Assembly: GCA_964544335.1 (NCBI GenBank)
Contig: CAZJAJ010000002.1
Coordinates: 3,013 to 67,012 of the forward strand
Source of the DNA: an uncultured Methanosarcinales archaeon
Lineage (GTDB): Archaea; Nanobdellota; Nanobdellia; Woesearchaeales; JABIAG01
DNA: 64,000 nucleotides
Direction: 5' to 3'
Within the stretch, counting starts at the first letter, position 1. Each line of letters starts with the position of its first letter. Both the position numbers and the translations under genes were made by a program. A model generated the notes under the pieces. That model was not told the origin of the DNA, searched no databases, and saw only the letters and a list, made by a program, of their open reading frames with translations. This document shows positions 20,928 through 29,423 of the stretch, piece by piece.

Positions 20928-22064
20928 AGCAATTTGCATAATACTTCCAATAGCAAATAATGCAACAAGTACGCCAATAATGACATGACCAAAGTGCATA
21001 CTATACTCTGGCTTTCTATCACCATTTCTTCTTGCGGAAAAATACGCACCTAAAATTAAGATTGCAGTAATACTTCCACCAAGTGCCCCAGTAATACCCA
21101 GAACCGAAATAAAATTGGCTATATCGACGATAAATGCATCAATAATGACCACGAGCAGAGGGGGGATGATGGCAATACCAAATGCCTTATCTTTACTCCA
21201 CCCATAATCATACTGAAAAATTTCTTGCACGACAATAACAGAAACCAAAAATGATGTCCCCATAGCAACAATACCAAAGAGCAATGTCAAGAATGACAAT
21301 GCCCCATCAACGGTTTGTTGAAGTGCAGCAGATGCAATTCGATCATCCATAGAAAGTGCATTAAATCCATCCACACCAACAATACTTGCAACAACAAGTG
21401 CAAATAAAATATACACTAATGCAGGAATAATACTCCCAAGCACAATGGCATGTTTCATGTGTTTCTTATCTCTATTCATCAATTCTTTCACCAATGGAAC
21501 AGAACTAACCCCATATAGTGAGAACAACACAATTCCAAACGGCATAAATGGATTGCTACCAAATGCAGGAATGGTATTGGTCATATGAGGAATTCCAAGG
21601 AAAGATACGAGTAACACAACAGCACCAAGCCCTGTAATCAAAATAATTTCTGCAAATCCAACTGCTTTAAGACCTCTATACGCAAGCACAGAAAGCAGAA
21701 CAAAAAACACAAACGAGTACACAATGGATGATCCACCAATTAAATTTGTCATAGATGTGCCTTCACCAAGTGTGTACGCAATCAGTGCACCATACAATTG
21801 CACTAAAATAGTAAGCGTAATGAGTAATTTACCTCTCTTTCCAAGATACTTCTCAGCGTATCCACTGAGTTGATGATTTCCTTTGGTACGCAAAATAATC
21901 TCGCCCAGTGCAAGATTCACGATCATCAGTAAAAGACCAATCCCTAGCACATGTGCAATGCCAGAAACAAGCCCCGCCTGTGAGAACACATATGGAAGAC
22001 CCAGAACACCAGCACCAATTATGCTGCCGACCATCGTTGCCACTGCAATATAGAGTTTAGACAT
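20916..22064 (-). CDS. Amino acid permease (aromatic amino acid/HAAAP-like)
   Basis: GSIIGAGVLGLPY N-terminal signature, ~11 TM. Confidence 0.85.
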   Translation of the reverse strand: MSKLYIAVATMVGSIIGAGVLGLPYVFSQAGLVSGIAHVLGIGLLLMIVNLALGEIILRTKGNHQLSGYAEKYLGKRGKLLITLTILVQLYGALIAYTLGEGTSMTNLIGGSSIVYSFVFFVLLSVLAYRGLKAVGFAEIILITGLGAVVLLVSFLGIPHMTNTIPAFGSNPFMPFGIVLFSLYGVSSVPLVKELMNRDKKHMKHAIVLGSIIPALVYILFALVVASIVGVDGFNALSMDDRIASAALQQTVDGALSFLTLLFGIVAMGTSFLVSVIVVQEIFQYDYGWSKDKAFGIAIIPPLLVVIIDAFIVDIANFISVLGITGALGGSITAILILGAYFSARRNGDRKPEYSMHFGHVIIGVLVALFAIGSIMQIASLF

Positions 22065-22094
22065 ACCTATGCACTATAATCGCTAATATAAAAA

Positions 22095-23228
22095 CTATTT
22101 CTTTTCAAGACGCATTAACACTAGAATCAAAATAACATTTGTTAGGATAAAAAGTGCACTTATTCGGTAAGCAAGCGTATAGGAGATGATCTCTGAAAGA
22201 CCTACGAGAGGCGTTACAAGAACTGCAACACTCAGTTGATTTAAAAGACTCTGTATGGAGTGTGTTGTTGCACGAAATCGCTCAGGACAATGTAAGTTAA
22301 TTAAGTGAGACATGATGGGTGCCCATAAACCATAGGAAAAAGATACAGTAGAATACACAAAACCTGCTAGCATGCCTCCTGGAAATGTAGACAGAAAAAA
22401 TAACACGGGAGTTGCAACTGCAAGAATAAGTAATGATGGCAAGTCTCCAAATCTTTCAGAAAATCTGTGTGATAACTTATATCCAATTGCAGTAAAACCA
22501 AAAATCATAGCACTAATCCAACCAAGTGACTCTAAACTCAGTCCTATTTCTGTAAAGAAAAGAGCACGAACATTATGAAATGCTTCACTTATTCCAAAAA
22601 AGACAACACTTATTGCAAATAAAAAAATCAAATATTTATTCACATAAAATCCTTTTTCATCTTTATGTTCTTGATTCTTTGCTTCTTTAATGAAGAGGAT
22701 AGGTACAATTGCGATTGCATTAAAAAACAAGGTTACAATAATGGTAAGTGATAAGTCAATATTTGCTAAGTATCCTCCAATGATTGAAGCAACACTTGCA
22801 CCAAGAGGCCAAGTAGCATAATTAATACCAATGTGATGCTTATACTCGTTTTCTTTGCCAGCGTCTCTTAACTTTTCAAAAATATATGCTTCAATGGTTC
22901 CACTCCTAAGTGTTCGTGTAAGTGCTGCAAGAACAGCAAATAACAAATATGCATACAAATTAAAGAATAAAAGACAAGCATGTGAAGCAAATTTAAAGAC
23001 ATAAGAAATAAGCATGTTCTTTTTTCTTCCAAAACGATCACTCAAATAACCAGTTGGAATCTCTAAAAGAACTGTTGAAAGCGCCATTACTGAAAAAATA
23101 ACACCAATGAGCGTCTTATTCTCAAGGCCTGCATCAAAGATTAACGGCAAAACTGGAAGAAAGAATGTAAACCCTGCAATCAGTGCAGCAAAGTGCACCA
23201 AGTAAATATCCTTTTGCCAACGTTCCAT
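22095..23228 (-). CDS. MFS transporter
   Basis: EIPTGYLSDRFGRK motif A; ~12 TM; PERFRAT. Confidence 0.9.
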   Translation of the reverse strand: MERWQKDIYLVHFAALIAGFTFFLPVLPLIFDAGLENKTLIGVIFSVMALSTVLLEIPTGYLSDRFGRKKNMLISYVFKFASHACLLFFNLYAYLLFAVLAALTRTLRSGTIEAYIFEKLRDAGKENEYKHHIGINYATWPLGASVASIIGGYLANIDLSLTIIVTLFFNAIAIVPILFIKEAKNQEHKDEKGFYVNKYLIFLFAISVVFFGISEAFHNVRALFFTEIGLSLESLGWISAMIFGFTAIGYKLSHRFSERFGDLPSLLILAVATPVLFFLSTFPGGMLAGFVYSTVSFSYGLWAPIMSHLINLHCPERFRATTHSIQSLLNQLSVAVLVTPLVGLSEIISYTLAYRISALFILTNVILILVLMRLEKK

Positions 23229-23271
23229 TTTAACACCCAATATTATTTACTTTATAACATTAGCGAAAAAT

Positions 23272-23382
23272 AATGGTGGGGACGCCAGGATTCCGTACGA
23301 GTGTAACGAGTCGGTGCAAAAAATCAAAGATTTTTGAGCATGTTCAAATCCTGTAATAAAGAATGGTGGGGACGCCAGGATT
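23272..23382. repeat. 21-bp direct repeat of the tRNA-Trp 3' end flanking a hairpin-containing insert
   Basis: aatggtggggacgccaggatt at 23272-23292 and 23362-23382. Confidence 0.9.
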
Positions 23383-23472
23383 TGAACCCGGATCTGCTGG
23401 TATCTTCACAGGCTACGCCTCAGCGCTCCAATGTCTGGAGCCAGCCATTCTGCCAAGTTATACTACGTCCCC
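23364..23472 (-). tRNA. tRNA-Trp(CCA) with 33-nt intron (23402-23434) at position 37/38; CCA end encoded
   Basis: Acceptor GGGGACG/CGTCCCC, anticodon stem GCTGG/CCAGC, loop CT-CCA-G, T-loop TTCAAAT; TTATAAA ~28 nt upstream. Confidence 0.95.
23402..23434 (-). ncRNA. Putative intron-encoded minimal box C/D guide for C34 of tRNA-Trp
   Basis: ACA-TTGGAGC-G-CTGA-GGCGTAGCC-T-GTGAAGA-T; the guide is antisense to the anticodon loop and D+5 pairs with C34. Confidence 0.65.
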
Positions 23473-23500
23473 AAAGACTATACAGAAAGCTCTAAACACT

Positions 23501-23806
23501 TTATAATGTTTTCCCAAAGGATAGACGAGAACCAACGCCTACACCAAGATCAACAGGACTCTCCACAAGATACCGTGCCTGAGCGCGAGGAGAAAAGAAC
23601 CCAAAAGGTTGCATATGTCCCTTCTCAACAACAACAAAAGATTCGTCTAAAAAGTACACATAAATAGGAAAGAACACAAACCAATTATGCAGTGGCGTCT
23701 TCTTCTCTTTACCAAAATCAAACAGCAGCGTCTTCTTTCTAGAGAACATAAGACCTCTTGCCTGTGACCACAATGAATCACAACGCCCATCAATCTGAAC
23801 TTCCAT
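23501..23806 (-). CDS. DUF192 family protein
   Basis: QARGLMF, LLFDF, HNWFVFFPI, ARYLVE pattern. Confidence 0.75.
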   Translation of the reverse strand: MEVQIDGRCDSLWSQARGLMFSRKKTLLFDFGKEKKTPLHNWFVFFPIYVYFLDESFVVVEKGHMQPFGFFSPRAQARYLVESPVDLGVGVGSRLSFGKTL

Positions 23807-23847
23807 AACAAAGCATAAACGTAAGTCCTATTTCAATCTTACTCTTA

Positions 23848-24243
23848 TCATAAATAAAGAAGAAGAACAGAAAAATCAAACGCATTCTTCGTACCATAGA
23901 CATACTCTGGAACCTTCACAAAAGGAATACCGAGTAATGCAGCGCCCTTTTCTTCTTTTTCACCATCTCCTACAACCAATAACTCACCTGGTTGAAGACA
24001 TCTTTCTTCAAGAATGCCTGAAAAGTCCTTTGGATCTGTTACAAGAGAATAGAGTGTATCAAAATAACGTGCTACATTACACTCTTCAAGATCAAGTCTC
24101 TGGTTAGTAACCGTAGCATCACTCGCACTCACAAGAGGTACTTTTCCAACAAGCATGCTAATATCTCTTGCAGGAAGTACATTATCATAATCATCACTTG
24201 CAAGGATGGTTCCATAGATATCAAAAGCAATGCATTTGATCAT
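23848..24243 (-). CDS. Small HAD-like hydrolase
   Basis: AFDIYGTI motif I variant and LVVGD motif IV; cap domain largely absent. Confidence 0.7.
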   Translation of the reverse strand: MIKCIAFDIYGTILASDDYDNVLPARDISMLVGKVPLVSASDATVTNQRLDLEECNVARYFDTLYSLVTDPKDFSGILEERCLQPGELLVVGDGEKEEKGAALLGIPFVKVPEYVYGTKNAFDFSVLLLYL

Positions 24244-24345
24244 ATAGGGGGTAATTCGACGTTATTTTTAAACATTCAGGGAAAAATACACCAAACAATA
24301 TTCCAGACTATGAATCTTTAAAAGAAAACCCCCACTAAAATAGCT

Positions 24346-26049
24346 ATGAAATTACCACTCTATCTACTGGTTCTACTCATTCTGGCAGTTCCAGCATTTG
24401 CTACCTATGAAATGACCCTTCTTGCAGTCCAAGAAACAGATGATGGCTACATGGGAAGCCCAGCAACCATCACTCTTGACATCATCCCAGGAACTGGAAA
24501 AGTCCTTCTTGAAACAAAACCACTTACCAGAACAGATACGCAATTTTCAACACGATTTGCAAAACAATATGCGTGTGCATACACACAAAAAGATTGCAGC
24601 AATATCGATTTCATATACACCATCAGCTCAAGCGCGCCCATCGTAGGTGGACCAAGTGCAGGAGCTGCAATGTCCATGCTTACCATTGCCGCACTTGAAG
24701 AAAAAGAACTTGACAATTCAGTTGCAATTACAGGAACCATTAATTCAGGTGGAATTATTGGGCCAGTGGGCAGTATTAAAGAAAAGATAGATGCCGCAAA
24801 AATGGTTGATGCACAAACCGTAATCATCCCACTTGGTGAGAGCACACACGTAGAAAACAATACTTCAACTGATCTTATCGCATACGGAAAATCACTTGGC
24901 ATTGATGTACATGAAGCAGGAATAGTAGAAGATATCATCGATGTATTTTACGGAGAGCCATACCAACAACCAAGTACGCCAAACATTCAGGCAAATGATG
25001 AATACGAACGAATAATGAGTCTTGTTGCAGCAAAATTATGCTCACGATCAGCAAGATTAAAAGAACTCGTTCCAATTGCGCAAAATGTATCTCGAGCAGA
25101 CGAACTCATTCAAATCGCAAGTGATGAAGTAAAAGCAGGAAGAACCTACTCTGCAGCATCACGATGTTTCTCAGCAAACATCATTCTCAGTAACGCAGCA
25201 AACATCTATCTTGAAGAAGAGGAAGCAGAAGATCGCTACAGTTCTCTTGCAAAAAAAATTGATATTTTTAGTAATGTCGTCGATGATTGGGAAATTGATT
25301 CCATGGCAAAACTACAAACTAAAATGATTGTCAATGAACGTATCTCGGAGTCACAAGAACTCCTAGATCAAGCATACGAAACTGAAAGCAAAAATGATTC
25401 CCTATACTATTACTCTTTTGCAAACGAAAGACTTTACTCAGCAGTGTCCTGGAGTGAATTTGCAAACATCACAGGGCAAGAAATTGATCTCTCAACAAAT
25501 CTGGATGTATCTTGTAGAAGTAAAATTGAAGAAGCATCAGAACGAATTCAATATGCAAACTCAGCACTTCCAATTGAAGTCGATGGATTAGTTGATGCAC
25601 TAAATGAAGCAAAAGTACTTGAAGCAGAAGATGACTTTGTGCAATGTCTCTATCAAGCATCTCTTGCAAAAGCACGAGCAGACACACTCATCGGAACCAT
25701 TGGTGTTGCAACAGAAGAACAACTACAAACACTGGTAGAATCAAAAATTAACGTTGCAAAAAGAAATATCGAAAAAGAATCTCAACGTGGTATCTTTCCA
25801 ATAGCAGGTTATGCATATGCAGAATATGCAGATTCACTACTCGAAGACTCTCCAGGGAACGCAATTCTCTTCTCACAATATGCCCTAGAGCTCAGTAACT
25901 TTGATCTCTACTTCTCAAATGAACTAACAGAAGTAAACACCTCTCCAAAAACAAAAGGTTCAGCGGGCGGGTATGAGTTTCTATTCATCTACATCATGGG
26001 AATTCTCACAGGTGTAGTAATTGCCTATATTGTTCTTTCAAGAAAGTAA
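24346..26049 (+). CDS. Secreted, membrane-anchored S16 (Lon proteolytic domain) serine protease
   Basis: Signal peptide, GGPSAGAA (Ser), ITGTI...IGPVGSIKEK (Lys), no AAA+ domain, C-terminal TM. Confidence 0.88.
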   Translation: MKLPLYLLVLLILAVPAFATYEMTLLAVQETDDGYMGSPATITLDIIPGTGKVLLETKPLTRTDTQFSTRFAKQYACAYTQKDCSNIDFIYTISSSAPIVGGPSAGAAMSMLTIAALEEKELDNSVAITGTINSGGIIGPVGSIKEKIDAAKMVDAQTVIIPLGESTHVENNTSTDLIAYGKSLGIDVHEAGIVEDIIDVFYGEPYQQPSTPNIQANDEYERIMSLVAAKLCSRSARLKELVPIAQNVSRADELIQIASDEVKAGRTYSAASRCFSANIILSNAANIYLEEEEAEDRYSSLAKKIDIFSNVVDDWEIDSMAKLQTKMIVNERISESQELLDQAYETESKNDSLYYYSFANERLYSAVSWSEFANITGQEIDLSTNLDVSCRSKIEEASERIQYANSALPIEVDGLVDALNEAKVLEAEDDFVQCLYQASLAKARADTLIGTIGVATEEQLQTLVESKINVAKRNIEKESQRGIFPIAGYAYAEYADSLLEDSPGNAILFSQYALELSNFDLYFSNELTEVNTSPKTKGSAGGYEFLFIYIMGILTGVVIAYIVLSRK

Positions 26050-26197
26050 AGATAAAAACCCCCACAAGTCTCACAAGGAAACCTGTGTGGGAAAAAGAGG
26101 TATTTATAGGGGATAAAAACACGCTTATAAAGATTTCGGACGTAAGTACTATACAATAGTAACAAACTATTAAGAAAGATATACGGCAAAATAAACT

Positions 26198-26518
26198 ATG
26201 GTAGTAAATACAATCTTAGCAAAGATCCAAGCAATCAATCTAGATTCAATCCTCACTTGGATACACCGTTTATCTCTTGTAGGATTTCTACTCACTACAC
26301 TATTTATCTTCATCTCAGATGAACTGCTCAAATGGGTGATGTTCTCTGTCCTCTTACTCTACGTCTTTTTGGGCATCACCTGGATCAATCATGCAAGAAA
26401 AAACGGCATGAATGAAGATAGAGTGAGCAAACAAGTAGCATATATTGTGCTTGGAACCGTAGCCCTCATGATCGTTATTGCAATTCTCTTCAAAGTAATG
26501 GAAGCCCTTGCAATATGA
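26198..26518 (+). CDS. Hypothetical membrane protein (3 TM)
   Basis: Hydrophobic 106-aa ORF, ATGA-coupled to the PLD gene. Confidence 0.65.
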   Translation: MVVNTILAKIQAINLDSILTWIHRLSLVGFLLTTLFIFISDELLKWVMFSVLLLYVFLGITWINHARKNGMNEDRVSKQVAYIVLGTVALMIVIAILFKVMEALAI

Positions 26519-27489
26519 AAAGCAATATGAAAAAAACACTCCTTCTATTACTGCTCATTCTTGCAACCTCTTACTATGCGTTTGACGAACTAGGAAATAT
26601 AACAGGCCTTGCAATACAACTCCCACAAGAAAGTGGAAACATACAAGCCTATTTCTGTCCAACAGATAATTGTACACAATTATTTCTTGATACCACCGCA
26701 AACAAAGAACTAAGGTGCGCAATGTACGACCTTGATCAACCACTTATCAAACAACGAATTAATCAATCACCACACCCAGTAATCATAGACGATCACACAG
26801 ACATAACGGGGACGTATAGCACCATAGAAGACACCTCATCTGGACTCATGCACAATAAATTCTGTATCATAGGAACAGACACCGTATGGACAGGAAGTAT
26901 GAACCCAACACAGAGAGGAGCAGCAATAAATAACAACAACGTCATTATCATCACATCAGAAACAATAGCAAACAACTACTTAGATGAATATGAAGAACTA
27001 AAGAGTGGAATATTTCACAAAGGAAACGCCATCACAACACCAACTACAATCATAGACAACACGGAAGTCACCATCGCATTCTGCCCCGAAGACAACTGCA
27101 AACAGCAAGTGCTTGAAGAACTAAAATCCGCCCAAGAAAGCATTTATTTCATGACCTTCTCATTTACTGATAAAGACATTGCATCAGTGCTCATAGAAAA
27201 ATCAAAATCAATGCCAGTAAAAGGAATAATGGAACTCTCTCAAGCAAAAGGAACCTACTCAGTACTTCCTCAACTAAACACAACAGCAGTAGAGGTTCAC
27301 CTTGACACAAGCAAAGCAACCATGCATCACAAAGTATTCATCATAGACGAACATACCGTCATAACTGGTAGCTATAATCCCACCAAATCGGGAGATGAAC
27401 GAAATGATGAAAATCTTCTCATAATAAAAGACAAGACGATAGCACAACAATTTATTCATGAATATAACAAAGTAAGAATACAAAGTTAA
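26515..27489 (+). CDS. Phospholipase D family protein (two HKD-type motifs, Nuc-like)
   Basis: MHNKFCII...WTGSMN and MHHKVFIID...TGSYN...NDEN; N-terminal signal/TM. Confidence 0.9.
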   Translation: MKSNMKKTLLLLLLILATSYYAFDELGNITGLAIQLPQESGNIQAYFCPTDNCTQLFLDTTANKELRCAMYDLDQPLIKQRINQSPHPVIIDDHTDITGTYSTIEDTSSGLMHNKFCIIGTDTVWTGSMNPTQRGAAINNNNVIIITSETIANNYLDEYEELKSGIFHKGNAITTPTTIIDNTEVTIAFCPEDNCKQQVLEELKSAQESIYFMTFSFTDKDIASVLIEKSKSMPVKGIMELSQAKGTYSVLPQLNTTAVEVHLDTSKATMHHKVFIIDEHTVITGSYNPTKSGDERNDENLLIIKDKTIAQQFIHEYNKVRIQS

Positions 27490-29333
27490 TCTTCTTTGAG
27501 TAAAGCAATTAGTCCATCTACATCTCTAACCACGTCATGAGTCTTTCCTTCAAGGTGAACTCTGCCATTTTTCATTACAATGGTTTTATCAGAATGCTTA
27601 ATGGTAGACACTCTATGAGAAATTAAAATGATTGTCTTATTAGCATACTTCTCTCTTAATAATTCAAGAACTCTTTTTTCATTCTCAACATCAAGAGCAC
27701 TTGTTGCCTCATCAAGTAAAAGAATATCAAATCCTTTAAGTAATGCTCGTGCAATACAAATACGTTGTTTTTCACCACCTGAAAAGGAGTTACCCTCATC
27801 ACCTATCATCTTTTCAAAGTCCCCATCAATACGTTTAAGCATTTCACTAAGACCCAAATCAATAAGCAACTCCTTTACTTCTTTCTTAGAAGCATATCGA
27901 TTCACACCGTACATAATGTTATTCCAAAGCGTATCATTAAACAGCACTGGCTTTTGACTCACATAACCCATCTTACTTCTCAATGACTTAATGTTAAATG
28001 TTCGAAGATCAAAATCATCAAATAATATTTTTCCCTCTTTAAAATCATAAAATCGAAGCAGTAATTTTACAAGAGTGGATTTTCCATGGCCTGATTTTCC
28101 AACAATGCACGTAATTTTATGTGCAGGAATAAAGAAGCTAGCATTTTTAATCACAGGAACATCTCCATATCCAAAAGAAACAGTATCAAAGTTAATCCCT
28201 TTTTCCAAAGAACTAAATTTACGTAGCCCTCCCTTAACACTTGATTCTTTTATGATCTTTCTCATGCCGCTTATTTTCTTAAGAGATACATCAATCCGTG
28301 CAAAATCTGTCTTCAATTTAACAATCCCTTTTGCCCTATTACTAAGACCTCTAAAAATTACAAACACAGCAATTGATCGTGAAATGCCCACAGAGCCAGT
28401 AGAATACGAAATAAATGAGAGAAGTACAACAAATAGCAACACTGTAAGAATACTTATCACCTCTTGCGTAGGTTGAATCATCATACGCATCTTTGTCAAA
28501 TCATATTTCTTACGTTCATACTGCCTACAAACTTTCTCGTATTGTTTTCTTTCATATTGTTCTTTATTATGTATTTTAGTAAGACTTGCTCTATTAACAA
28601 ACCCTTGAATAAATGATGGAATCCCAACAGTTTCTTCCTCTTCATCTTCTATTTTTTTCCTCATATGATTAAATAGAAACTTATTACACATTCCCATCAC
28701 AAAAATAAGCAAAGATCCAATAAGAGCAACCTGCCACCAAATAATAAACATTAACACAACAGAAGTACCTACTTGTATGAGAAATTGTAAACTCTGATCA
28801 AATGATTGAAGTAATTGACTCAGTTGCTTAGGAAGTCGCATTAAATTAAACACATCTTTTCCCTTATCGGATTGATCAAAATAACTTTGACTGTATTGTA
28901 TATAGTGGTCAAAAATATATGTTCTTGCAGCGGTTTCTACACGAAGTCGCATTTTTGTTAAGTACGTACCTGACACATACGCAAGAATGGTCCGTACTAT
29001 AAGCACACCAAAAATTATTCCCAAAAAGAAACCAAGTAAATGGATATTATCACTCGTATCCACAAAAGAAAAAATGCCTATGAATCTCTCAATTGCACCA
29101 ACATGTAAAAGAAATGAAAAATCATCTTCCAAAATGCCCTTTGCAAGAGGAACAATAAGCCCCACACTAAGTGCTCCCAGAGAACTAATAATCATCGAGG
29201 AAACAATAGATATGAGAAAATAATGATTAGATGCTCCAAGTCGCTTAAGAAGGTCAAGAGAACTCTTAAATTTAACACTATTCTCGACTAAACGCTCAAT
29301 AAAACTGTTTTTTTGTTTCCCCCTCATGTGCAT
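27486..29333 (-). CDS. ABC transporter, fused permease + ATPase (MsbA/PglK-like exporter)
   Basis: GKSGHGKST, FSGGEKQR, LLLDEATSALD, ISHR; N-terminal TM domain. Confidence 0.92.
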   Translation of the reverse strand: MHMRGKQKNSFIERLVENSVKFKSSLDLLKRLGASNHYFLISIVSSMIISSLGALSVGLIVPLAKGILEDDFSFLLHVGAIERFIGIFSFVDTSDNIHLLGFFLGIIFGVLIVRTILAYVSGTYLTKMRLRVETAARTYIFDHYIQYSQSYFDQSDKGKDVFNLMRLPKQLSQLLQSFDQSLQFLIQVGTSVVLMFIIWWQVALIGSLLIFVMGMCNKFLFNHMRKKIEDEEEETVGIPSFIQGFVNRASLTKIHNKEQYERKQYEKVCRQYERKKYDLTKMRMMIQPTQEVISILTVLLFVVLLSFISYSTGSVGISRSIAVFVIFRGLSNRAKGIVKLKTDFARIDVSLKKISGMRKIIKESSVKGGLRKFSSLEKGINFDTVSFGYGDVPVIKNASFFIPAHKITCIVGKSGHGKSTLVKLLLRFYDFKEGKILFDDFDLRTFNIKSLRSKMGYVSQKPVLFNDTLWNNIMYGVNRYASKKEVKELLIDLGLSEMLKRIDGDFEKMIGDEGNSFSGGEKQRICIARALLKGFDILLLDEATSALDVENEKRVLELLREKYANKTIILISHRVSTIKHSDKTIVMKNGRVHLEGKTHDVVRDVDGLIALLKED

Positions 29334-29423
29334 ATATTCCTCAGAATGCAGTCATTTAAATATATCGCTTTACCAGAAGAGTTCAACAAACTTTATTAAT
29401 ATAGTTGGCATTTCACGACTATA

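Noticed and set aside
23272-23382. Prophage/integrative element at tRNA-Trp
   Set aside because: Only ~70 bp between the repeats and no integrase or cargo; kept only as a mini-element finding
26515-27489. PLD nuclease as an anti-phage defence system
   Set aside because: Has an export signal and no helicase, methylase or other defence neighbours
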